Positions 45,838-53,895 of a stretch of DNA of 64,000 nt are shown piece by piece. How positions within the stretch are numbered: the first letter of the stretch is position 1; each line of letters begins with the position of its first letter. The DNA comes from Thermovenabulum sp. Its GTDB lineage: Bacteria > Bacillota > Thermosediminibacteria > Thermosediminibacterales > Thermosediminibacteraceae. Below the pieces are notes generated by a model that saw only the letters and a list, made by a program, of their open reading frames with translations, was not told the origin of the DNA and ran no database searches. Where the stretch lies: the NCBI RefSeq assembly GCF_049701175.1, contig NZ_JBNATW010000009.1:9904-73903 (forward strand), in the 5' to 3' direction. Position numbers and translations under genes: made by a program.

Positions 45838-45866
45838 TACAAAAAGCCCGCTTTCTATCGCGGGCT
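45838..45866 (-). terminator. rho-independent terminator after the SipL-like gene
   Basis: AGCCCGC-gatagaaa-GCGGGCT followed by TTTT on the minus strand. Confidence 0.8.
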
Positions 45867-45872
45867 GAAAAA

Positions 45873-47474
45873 TCACCTCGGGATTATGAGCTGTTGACCG
45901 GGCATAATCATATTGGGATTTTCGAGTTTATTTGCTTTTACTATGGATTCTACTGTAACATTGTAGCGCTTGGCTATTTTCCAGAGAGTATCCCCTTTTT
46001 GCACTATATAAATGGTTAAAGAGGGCTTTTCCTCGGGTTTTTCTCCCGGTTTTTCAGGTGCTTCTTCCTCAGGCTCTATAACCTCAGTAACAACCTCAAG
46101 TTCTACTGTCTCCGTAACCTTGGCAAAAAGTTTGATAATTGCCCTGATTTCCATTTTTCTGGGTGAGTTGGGATCAAAGCTTGCGGTAACATGTTCAACA
46201 ATTAAGTCAAAATCCAGCATCATGTTTTCTTCAGCACCGGGAACTTCTACGAAAGTTGTGAAAGGTATTTCATGCTCCATAAAATGCACGGGCTGCTGCG
46301 GTTGGCCTTCAGGAACTTTCGCCACATAAAGCGTTTCTACGAGCAAAGTCCCTTCTACTATAACCTTGCCGTCTATTATTCTGGCATTGTCTACCCTTGC
46401 AGTAGCGTTTGTTGAGTAAATTTCTAAAATATCGGGTTTTGCGTCGGGTACCATTACCGTTTCTTTTACGATTATTTGATTTTCATTTTCTCCTACAACC
46501 TGATCTATTTTTAGCTCAACCTTCTTGACATCTAATTTTTCGGAAGGGCTAAAAAGATCTGTAATCACATCTAAAACCTTTGTTTCGTATACCCTTACCA
46601 TAACCTTCAAAACTGCCTCTACTGCAACGGTTCTGTCATCCTTCTTTCGACCCCTTATATGTTCTACTTCAACCCTTACTATCTTGGTCATCGATTCTTT
46701 TGCTCCGGGTATTTCAACAAATTGAGTAAAGGGGATCTGCCCTTCCAAAAAGTGCACAGGCTGCTGCGCCTGCCCTTCCGGAACCCTTGCCACATAAAGT
46801 ACTCCAACATCGAGAACTCCTTCTACAATTATTTTGTTGTCAAGCACTTTTATCTGTGTGGTCCTCGCCGTCCCTTGTACTTTTACTATATCCAATATAT
46901 CGGGTTTTACAACAGGAACGCTGATATCACCTTTCGCAATGCTTTGTGCAGCAGCATCCCCTACTATATGGTCCAGCTTAACGGTTTCTTTTAATACCTG
47001 CAGATCTGCAGGCCCAGTGGCATCTACAGCGATTTCAACTTCAACCCTTTGCAACACTTTCACTAAAAACTGTATTACGAAACTCGCTGTAATCTCTCTT
47101 GGTTTTTGCGGGTCAAAAGAATATTTACTGTACTCTATTTTGGGCATTACCTTTACTGCCATATCCTTTTTTGCTCCCGGAACCTTGGCAAAAAAGTTGA
47201 AACCTATCCTGCCTTCAACTGCGTGAACGGGCTGAGATGCAATGTTTGCAACATACATTGCATCAACTTCAAGTTCTCCCTCTACCATTATCTTCCCATC
47301 CAGAATGCTAATTTTCAATGATTCCATATCTACATCGGCTTTTACGGAAATTACCCGGCTTATATCGGGTTTGCCTGCCGGAAGGTTTATAACACCTTCA
47401 ACCACCGCCTGGGCTTTGTCTTCTCCTACGACCTGGTCTACTCTAACAATTTCCTTAGTTAAGACTACTCCCAT
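45873..47474 (-). CDS. 3x DUF3794 (SPOCS) + C-terminal LysM protein, SipL-like spore-coat morphogenetic protein candidate
   Basis: Three internal repeats, each with VGE...KPDI...DGK(I/V)(I/M)VEG...LYVA...QPVH..E..IPF..FVE.PGA. An acidic/Pro linker follows, then LysM (YIVQKGDTLWKIAKRYNVTVESIVKAN). Confidence 0.65.
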   Translation of the reverse strand: MGVVLTKEIVRVDQVVGEDKAQAVVEGVINLPAGKPDISRVISVKADVDMESLKISILDGKIMVEGELEVDAMYVANIASQPVHAVEGRIGFNFFAKVPGAKKDMAVKVMPKIEYSKYSFDPQKPREITASFVIQFLVKVLQRVEVEIAVDATGPADLQVLKETVKLDHIVGDAAAQSIAKGDISVPVVKPDILDIVKVQGTARTTQIKVLDNKIIVEGVLDVGVLYVARVPEGQAQQPVHFLEGQIPFTQFVEIPGAKESMTKIVRVEVEHIRGRKKDDRTVAVEAVLKVMVRVYETKVLDVITDLFSPSEKLDVKKVELKIDQVVGENENQIIVKETVMVPDAKPDILEIYSTNATARVDNARIIDGKVIVEGTLLVETLYVAKVPEGQPQQPVHFMEHEIPFTTFVEVPGAEENMMLDFDLIVEHVTASFDPNSPRKMEIRAIIKLFAKVTETVELEVVTEVIEPEEEAPEKPGEKPEEKPSLTIYIVQKGDTLWKIAKRYNVTVESIVKANKLENPNMIMPGQQLIIPR

Positions 47475-47572
47475 ACTATTCCTCCCTTCAATAAAATACT
47501 CCTTTTACTTTTATTAATATATGTCGTTATCTACAAATATGTTACTATTTTAATTCTTCTTTGTTTTCAAAC

Positions 47573-47752
47573 TTACCATTTATTAGAATCTATATCGGAA
47601 CAATCAGCATGCTGATTATTATATTCATCTTTTTCTACAAATTTTTTTTTAAAACCCGTAATAATACCTTCCTTGAAAAATTTCATAAGGTATAAATAAA
47701 ACAAAATCACGGCAATTCCAATGAGCACTATAAATGCCAAAATATTATCCAT
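47573..47752 (-). CDS. unannotated 59-aa single-pass membrane protein
   Basis: GAGGGAGGG RBS 5 nt before the ATG. Sequence is MDNILAFIVLIGIAVILFYLYLMKFFKEGIITGFKKKFVEKDEYNNQHADCSDIDSNKW. It falls below the 60-aa cutoff of the ORF track. Confidence 0.5.
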   Translation of the reverse strand: MDNILAFIVLIGIAVILFYLYLMKFFKEGIITGFKKKFVEKDEYNNQHADCSDIDSNKW

Positions 47753-47823
47753 TTTAACCCTCCCTCATAATTTGTCGGCATAACCTTAGTATTAATATAT
47801 TAGTCTTCTAAGATAAAAGTTCA

Positions 47824-47853
47824 TAAAAAAAAGGCAGGCTTTTAACCTGCCTT
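47824..47853 (-). terminator. rho-independent terminator after the CAP-domain gene
   Basis: AAGGCAGG-ttaaaag-CCTGCCTT followed by a T8 run on the minus strand. Confidence 0.8.
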
Positions 47854-47902
47854 TTATCCACATTATCCACAGAATTATCCACATATAATACACATTTCCA
47901 CA
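47854..47902 (+). promoter_or_regulatory. DnaA-box cluster: three perfect TTATCCACA boxes plus one degenerate box, all in the same orientation
   Basis: Perfect boxes at 47854-47862, 47863-47871 and 47875-47883; ATTTCCACA at 47894-47902. Confidence 0.6.
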
Positions 47903-47913
47903 AATTTTTTTCA

Positions 47914-48570
47914 TTAATTTGTCCCTATAAAAGTCTGTGTAAACATTTTTCCGTAAGGCCCCCCATCAACAATTCCGATGCCAACTTTATTAAAATTGGG
48001 ATTTAAAATATTTGCCCTGTGGCCAGGGCTATTCATCAATGCTTCATGAGCCTTTTCTACAGTAGGTGCCCCAGCGATATTTTCACCAGCATATCTATAC
48101 GATATGCCTGCATTTTTTAAAGCATCAAAGGGCGAACCATAGGTCGGAGATATATGGCTGAAATAATTCTTTTCAATCATATCCTTGCTCTTTTTCCTTG
48201 AAATATCCACAAGCCTCATATCAACCTCGAGGGGTTTTAAACCTGCCTTAACTCTTTCTTTATTTACAAGATCGAGCATAAGCTTTTCATCTTTTGTTAA
48301 ACCTATAATAGTATGTGCTTCTTTCGTTTGAGAAGTATTTGAGGCACCATTATTGTTTGATGTAGAAGTAGTTTTAGAATCAATATTTTTCAGAAAGGTT
48401 TTTAAGTATTCTACTCCGTTATACTTTATGTAGACAACATATTTAATCCCCGGCAATAATTTTTCAATTTTAAGGTTTAAATTAACAGTGGTTGCTGCAA
48501 AGGCTGTTGATGAAATTAAAATTGAAAATAACAACAGTAATAATATTATTTTATTTTTCATCCTCTTCAT
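47914..48570 (-). CDS. secreted CAP/SCP (YkwD-like) domain protein
   Basis: Signal peptide; C-terminal CAP domain (HSQDM-like FSHISPTYGSP...YAGENIA...GHRANILNP). Confidence 0.75.
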   Translation of the reverse strand: MKRMKNKIILLLLLFSILISSTAFAATTVNLNLKIEKLLPGIKYVVYIKYNGVEYLKTFLKNIDSKTTSTSNNNGASNTSQTKEAHTIIGLTKDEKLMLDLVNKERVKAGLKPLEVDMRLVDISRKKSKDMIEKNYFSHISPTYGSPFDALKNAGISYRYAGENIAGAPTVEKAHEALMNSPGHRANILNPNFNKVGIGIVDGGPYGKMFTQTFIGTN

Positions 48571-48763
48571 TTGTATACCTCCTCATGCTACTTTGTTTTT
48601 TTAATTATAAAAAACACAAAAATTATAGACAAACCCCGTATTTAACTAAATATATAAAAAAAAAGCCCTGAGGCCATATAAAATAAAATACCGTTGCTGT
48701 TATATAATATACATGGTATTGACAATGAAATAAGCAATCATGGTAATTTGCGGTTTTATAACC

Positions 48764-49768
48764 TTAAAAAGTAAATCTTAAAAGTTTCATAACTGTTAAA
48801 ATAGGATTTATTAAAGTAGCTTCCTCAGAACCTGCAAATAAAAGCCCAACTGCCTCGTTTTTTTCCGTCAATACCAAAGAACCGCTGTCTCCAGGTTTAG
48901 CCATTGGTCCCGTCAATATCTGGTCGTAAAAGGTTGCCTCTTCGTTATCCCCAAGCATTACTTTAATAACCACGCTTAGTGCCTTTATTTCACTTTTCGT
49001 TATTCCGCTCGTCCTTCCGCTCTTTATTACAGGAAGTCCAATTTGAGGTGTGGTTTCACCCCTGACAAAACCCAGTTCTAATATTTCCTCGGAAACATCA
49101 GAAGGATTCAGAGGTTTTGCTAAAGCAGCATCCACAAGATTTTGAAAGGATTTCTTTTTAAAAAATTTAACATCGTAATTGGGTCTTACAATTTTAATAG
49201 CCCTATCTACAATCCTTTCACCAGCCTTTGCCACAGGGCATTCAATCTGAGAAAGGTCCTTCTCTATGGGGATAAACCTGTAAAGGTAGCCTATGACATC
49301 ATCTTTTTTCCCACCGTCGTATGCTCCTGGTTGCAGTATAGGGTCTTTTATACTTGCCTTTTTATCCCTTCCATTAGTGGCATTTGCAAGCACATGGTTA
49401 TTAGAGAGTATCAAGGGTTCTTTGGTAACGGCATCCCTTACTAAAGCCCCAAAAGTACCGGCTGTAACTTTATAATGTCCAATACTTACACCCGGTTTTG
49501 CTGGCCTCATTTTCCCCGTCCTTAAATTCAAAAGCCTTATTTCTCCAACTTCTACCACATCTGTCTCTACATCTTCTATTTTTTGGGGTATAATTTGGCT
49601 TCTTTTTAATACCTCTTTTGGCAGTTTTTTCTTTACAAAAACCAACAAAGCCTTTGTATGCGTTCTTTCCCCTCTGACAGTTTTATAGCCAATGCCGGCA
49701 CCTATCACATTATCTATTAAAAATAGTTTTTTCGTGTATTTTTTTAATATTCGTTCTTCTCTATCCAT
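48764..49768 (-). CDS. chymotrypsin-fold (S1-like) serine protease candidate, no signal peptide
   Basis: His motif SNNHVLAN and Ser motif KPGDSGSLV in the correct order. I prefer the ATG at 49768, 8 nt after GGGGGAGG. Confidence 0.55.
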   Translation of the reverse strand: MDREERILKKYTKKLFLIDNVIGAGIGYKTVRGERTHTKALLVFVKKKLPKEVLKRSQIIPQKIEDVETDVVEVGEIRLLNLRTGKMRPAKPGVSIGHYKVTAGTFGALVRDAVTKEPLILSNNHVLANATNGRDKKASIKDPILQPGAYDGGKKDDVIGYLYRFIPIEKDLSQIECPVAKAGERIVDRAIKIVRPNYDVKFFKKKSFQNLVDAALAKPLNPSDVSEEILELGFVRGETTPQIGLPVIKSGRTSGITKSEIKALSVVIKVMLGDNEEATFYDQILTGPMAKPGDSGSLVLTEKNEAVGLLFAGSEEATLINPILTVMKLLRFTF

Positions 49769-49829
49769 AAAAACAGCCTCCCCCATGAATCTTTATAATT
49801 ATATTATTCATGAGAGAGGCTTTGGTGCC

Positions 49830-50102
49830 TTAATGTTTAATTTTTATCGCCTTTCCATTGCCTGAGCAAAAAATCAATTCTACCGAATCGGTCAATACAT
49901 CCGAATAACTATAAGAAACCCTATTTATAAACTCGGGGGATTCTTCTATCCTAATAACAAATATGTTTGGGTATACCTTCTCGAGTATTCCTATCTTTTC
50001 ATAAGTCTTTTTTCTACCTCTATTGGCTTTTATCTTAACTTTTTTCCCTACAAAAGGTTCGATGCTTTTTCTTATTTTGAGGAGAGCATTATCTTTAACC
50101 AA
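49830..50102 (-). CDS. veg: Veg (biofilm/sporulation-associated small protein)
   Basis: GKKVKIKANRGRKKTYEKIGILEKVYPNIFVIRIEE...VSYSYSDVLTDSVEL matches the Veg family. TTG start after GAGGTGA. Confidence 0.9.
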   Translation of the reverse strand: MVKDNALLKIRKSIEPFVGKKVKIKANRGRKKTYEKIGILEKVYPNIFVIRIEESPEFINRVSYSYSDVLTDSVELIFCSGNGKAIKIKH

Positions 50103-50140
50103 ATCAACTCACCTCTTTATTATACAAAATACACGATTGT

Positions 50141-50169
50141 ATTATAACACCCCTTGTCCTAAATGTCAA
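50141..50169 (-). promoter_or_regulatory. consensus sigma-A promoter of veg
   Basis: Minus strand TTGACA, 17 nt, TATAAT, with an A/T-rich upstream element. Confidence 0.7.
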
Positions 50170-50228
50170 ATAAAAAGTTCAAATATTTTATCAGTAATAT
50201 CGTAGTTTGTCAAATATCATATATGAAA

Positions 50229-50258
50229 TAAAAAACGGCCTTTTATGGCAATAGGCCG
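50229..50258 (-). terminator. rho-independent terminator overlapping the stop of the SpoIID-amidase gene
   Basis: CGGCCT-attgccataaa-AGGCCG followed by TTTTTTATTT on the minus strand. Confidence 0.65.
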
Positions 50259-51664
50259 CAATAATATTGAATAATACCCGATAATATCGATTTTACTATG
50301 TTTTTTCTGTATTCCTCGTCTGTCAATCTTTTTTCCTCTTGTGGATTATTAAGATTTGATACAAATATAACAACAGAGGGGCATTTTGATTCCCGTAGTA
50401 TAAAAAGGTCAGCCTCACTTATTACTGCCTCCACTTCTAAAGTGTTGATTAAGATTTTTCTAATACATTCCGAGAGCCTTTTGCTTTCTTTATCTCCCGG
50501 AAAATAGTAAATTTCAATGTATTTTTCTTTTTCTGGCTTTAAGAAGTATTGATGAATGCTTATTAAAAGGTCTGGTTCATAATTATTTATTAGATTTACC
50601 CTTTCAATTAGGTTTTTATTTTCATTGCTGTTTCTCGTTAAAATCACTTGCGCTCCTTCTTTTTTTAACACATCCATTAAATTTTTGGCTATTTCAAAAT
50701 TGATAAACCCTTCTGAAATCCCCATCGGGCCGCATAAATCTTCCTTTGACCCCCGCCCGGGATCTATAACAATTTTTTTTGATATTAATGGTTTATTCCG
50801 CGGGGGTATCAAAATTTTTTTTATTTCTACCCCTGTAAAATAGTAATTTAAAATATCCTGAAAACTATACCCTTTTAATGCCATGCCTCTTGCTCCATAC
50901 TGGCACATCCCGAGTCCATGCCCCTTGCCCATCACTTCAAAATCTACTGTTACAATCTTCCAGTTAAATTTATTCGAGGGAAAAGAAAGGAGTTCTTTTA
51001 TATCATCTCCCGTAAATTCTCTGTCACCAATTTTCATTTTTTTTATTCGGCCAGTCCCGGTAGTCTTTACTTCCTCGAAAATTCCTTTTATTTCATCTCT
51101 TGCAGCTTTATAGCCCAAATTAATCCCTAACTTTTTTTCGAGATTTTTTAAAGTAATAATTTTTGTTGTGCTGTAATTTGGAGAATCCTTGCAGAATCCA
51201 CACTCTACGCGCCTTAAATAACTTATCTTATTCCCCAATACATTTTCCGAATCTTCTGTAAAACCTCCGCAGGTATCATGATATAAGGCTTCAATGGGGT
51301 TGTTGTTGTAAGTCAAAATTAATCCTGATGTATCACTTACTGCCTTTTTTATTTTTTCCGAGTTTTTTGGCCAGTCGTCACCCCATAAGACCTTTTTACT
51401 ATCTTCCTCTAAGAATCCCTGACAATGCCGAAAATCTGTGCAAATATCATAATCGGGGAACCTAATGCACCCGCTTCCTCCAAATATCCTCATTCTCTTT
51501 ATTGCAATCGTCCTGCAGCATACAGCCTGAGATTTTAAGGCCTCCAAAGGAAAATGTGCAGGCATTGCCCATGCGACTGCCCCTTCTACATATTCTTCAA
51601 TATCCAATTCATAAACCTTATCTTTTTGGGGATCATACGCTTTAAGAATAGCTCCCTCCTTCAT
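50243..51664 (-). CDS. SpoIID/LytB-domain protein fused to a degenerate MurNAc-L-alanine amidase (Amidase_3-like) domain
   Basis: SpoIID motifs (KSQAVCCRT, YHDTCGGFTE). The C-terminal block VIDPGRGSKED...ISIHQYF resembles Amidase_3, but Arg sits where the DPGHGG His is expected. The ATG at 51664 is preferred over the GTG at 51673. Confidence 0.7.
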   Translation of the reverse strand: MKEGAILKAYDPQKDKVYELDIEEYVEGAVAWAMPAHFPLEALKSQAVCCRTIAIKRMRIFGGSGCIRFPDYDICTDFRHCQGFLEEDSKKVLWGDDWPKNSEKIKKAVSDTSGLILTYNNNPIEALYHDTCGGFTEDSENVLGNKISYLRRVECGFCKDSPNYSTTKIITLKNLEKKLGINLGYKAARDEIKGIFEEVKTTGTGRIKKMKIGDREFTGDDIKELLSFPSNKFNWKIVTVDFEVMGKGHGLGMCQYGARGMALKGYSFQDILNYYFTGVEIKKILIPPRNKPLISKKIVIDPGRGSKEDLCGPMGISEGFINFEIAKNLMDVLKKEGAQVILTRNSNENKNLIERVNLINNYEPDLLISIHQYFLKPEKEKYIEIYYFPGDKESKRLSECIRKILINTLEVEAVISEADLFILRESKCPSVVIFVSNLNNPQEEKRLTDEEYRKNIVKSILSGIIQYYCGLLP

Positions 51665-51681
51665 ATAAATCACCGCCTGTT

Positions 51682-52542
51682 TTACTCGTAGGGCGAGCGT
51701 GGAAGTCCTTCCCTGTACTTTCCTCGGGTCTCTATTCCCCCAATACCCTTTGTACCGGTAATAGTCGCCTCTATGGCCTCTTTTAGCGAGATAATTTTAG
51801 AAATCGGCGTAAAGGCAACCCTTTCTATAACCATAACAGGATCTAATGCATGAATAAAAACCCTATGAGGTGAGCTTGCAAAATTGGCCCCCGCCTTGAT
51901 TAAGCCCTCGTAGTAGGACTGGCATGCACCGGCAAAAATAATAAGTTCATCTTTGGAGGGCTGTATTTTCCTTGCTTCCTTTACCGATTCAATAAAAAAC
52001 CTCGAATTTCTATAAGAATTCACATTGTTAAAGTCCTTTGCACTTTTTAAAAGTCCATCATGTCCTGTTATAACCAGAATATCCGGAGCGTATTCCAGTA
52101 ATAAAGACCTAATATTTTTGGGCTGTTCTTTCTCAGCAATGTTAAAACCTACCGCCTCAATTTCCAGCTGCTTATAGGTATTTAAGCATATTTCAAGGTA
52201 GTCTTCATCCCCATCCAAATGTAAGACCCTTGCCGGCATATAAAAAAAACCGTTTTCTTCTTTGTTATTCCTTATTAATTTTCTTTCATTCTCCAATTCC
52301 CTTCTGTAATAAATTCTTTCCAAGCATTCATTGTAGGTCTTGATAAGATTTATTTTGTATTCTCTGACTTCACTCTTTGAAGGTATCACGAGATCGTCAA
52401 GCGGGGCATCGGCTAAAACCCTTATATTAATGCCCTTTAAAAGGGCTATATTTTTATCTTCATAAACTTCAACCACTTTGAAAAGTAAGTCCCCTCCATA
52501 AGACAGCCTTTTCACAATATCTCCTGCTTTTACCTTAGCCAT
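51682..52542 (-). CDS. yabG: sporulation-specific protease YabG (peptidase U57)
   Basis: YabG-like sequence throughout (GDIVKRLSYGGDLLFKV..., ITGHDG..., FAGACQSY) and conserved position next to veg/ksgA. I prefer the ATG at 52542 after GGGGGTG. Confidence 0.85.
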   Translation of the reverse strand: MAKVKAGDIVKRLSYGGDLLFKVVEVYEDKNIALLKGINIRVLADAPLDDLVIPSKSEVREYKINLIKTYNECLERIYYRRELENERKLIRNNKEENGFFYMPARVLHLDGDEDYLEICLNTYKQLEIEAVGFNIAEKEQPKNIRSLLLEYAPDILVITGHDGLLKSAKDFNNVNSYRNSRFFIESVKEARKIQPSKDELIIFAGACQSYYEGLIKAGANFASSPHRVFIHALDPVMVIERVAFTPISKIISLKEAIEATITGTKGIGGIETRGKYREGLPRSPYE

Positions 52543-52643
52543 GTTCATCACCCCCTTAAATCCTTTTAAAGTCACACTTTCGTGTTTTAATACATAATAT
52601 GCTACCAGAAAATCACATGTTAATTAAAATAGGAGGGGACAAC

Positions 52644-53435
52644 GTGATTGCGGCAGTTGTACCTGCAAAAAATGAGGAGGGAAGAATAATAAAGGTTCTA
52701 ACTAATTTAATCAAAACTGGAGTGGACAGGGTTTTCACGGTCATCAACGGTTCAACAGATAATACCCTTTTTGAAGCGGAAAAAGTGCGTTCGATTTTTG
52801 ATGACAAAATAGAAATAATGTACTTTAAAGAAGCATTAGGATATGATGTGCCCAAAGCTATCGGAGCTTTTCGGGCATTTAAAAAAGGGGCTAATTGTGT
52901 GATTTTTATTGATGGTGATATGCAGGGTAAAATGAATGATAAATTAAAAACCCTGATAAGATCAATATTAAAAGAAAAAGCCGACCTTTCTTTGACCAGG
53001 TTTTACCCCGAATACATCAAAGAAAATCGGCTTTCATTAGAACTTTACTATTACAAAAAAATATTTAACCAGACGATAAATTTATATAACAAGGTTTTAA
53101 CCGCAATACCCTCTCACGGTCCCCACGCTGTATCGAAAAAATTTTTGGAAAACGTTGACTTCAGTTTCTTTGCGGTGCCTCCTTTAGAATCGGTTTTTGC
53201 AGTAAAGGAGGGGCTTAAGGTTCAAGCGCCCGTGGTAATGCGCGTTGAGGAACCGGGTTCTAAGCCTCGCGGATTTACCCATGCAAAAAAAATGGCCGAT
53301 ACAATCATCGGCGACATTGCAGAAGCATTAAATTTTTATAAAGGCCTGCCTAAAAATCGAATTGTCAACAGCAAAGAATATATAGGATACCACAGTGAAA
53401 GGAGGTTCGATATTTTAAAGCAATTCATTTCGTAA
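52644..53435 (+). CDS. GT-A fold (family 2-like) glycosyltransferase-like protein, function unknown
   Basis: AAVVPAKNEEGRI...INGSTDNT...FIDGDMQ resembles the GT2 nucleotide-sugar/DxD layout. I prefer the GTG at 52644, 5 nt after AGGAGGGG. Confidence 0.45.
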   Translation: MIAAVVPAKNEEGRIIKVLTNLIKTGVDRVFTVINGSTDNTLFEAEKVRSIFDDKIEIMYFKEALGYDVPKAIGAFRAFKKGANCVIFIDGDMQGKMNDKLKTLIRSILKEKADLSLTRFYPEYIKENRLSLELYYYKKIFNQTINLYNKVLTAIPSHGPHAVSKKFLENVDFSFFAVPPLESVFAVKEGLKVQAPVVMRVEEPGSKPRGFTHAKKMADTIIGDIAEALNFYKGLPKNRIVNSKEYIGYHSERRFDILKQFIS

Positions 53436-53895
53436 ATCGGTCAGCTACTTTTGTAGCTCCATAAGCTTGAGGCTTTATCTTAACCCTAAATCCGCTGCCC
53501 ATAACCCAGCCCACAACCTCTTTTATTAACTCTTTTGTATCTCCATTCTGCCCTATATCCACATGAATCTCTACATCCATATTTTTGTAATTTGTTTTTT
53601 CAAGCTCGTTTTTTATGGAATTTACAGCTTCCAAAGACAAAGAGGTCTCGGTATAAACCCTTTGTCTTAAATTTTTTATAAGGGCCATCACTTTTTTTCT
53701 GTAATAATATCGGGCACCCTTTCCGACTCTGTGGATTATTATAGCTGTTACAAAACAGGTGTTGTCTTTTTCCTGGGAATCGGTTCCGATGATCAATTTG
53801 TATTGGGCTTTCGGGTCTTCTTCCATGTATCCTATGATATCCTCTACGGTTTCTCTAAGGGTAAGTTTGCCTTTTGTCGGGCTAATGAAAAACAT
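53425..53895 (-). CDS. DUF458 / YkuK-like (RNase H-fold) protein
   Basis: LIIGTDSQ...CFVTAIIIHRVGKGARYYY matches the YkuK family signature. Confidence 0.6.
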   Translation of the reverse strand: MFFISPTKGKLTLRETVEDIIGYMEEDPKAQYKLIIGTDSQEKDNTCFVTAIIIHRVGKGARYYYRKKVMALIKNLRQRVYTETSLSLEAVNSIKNELEKTNYKNMDVEIHVDIGQNGDTKELIKEVVGWVMGSGFRVKIKPQAYGATKVADRFTK

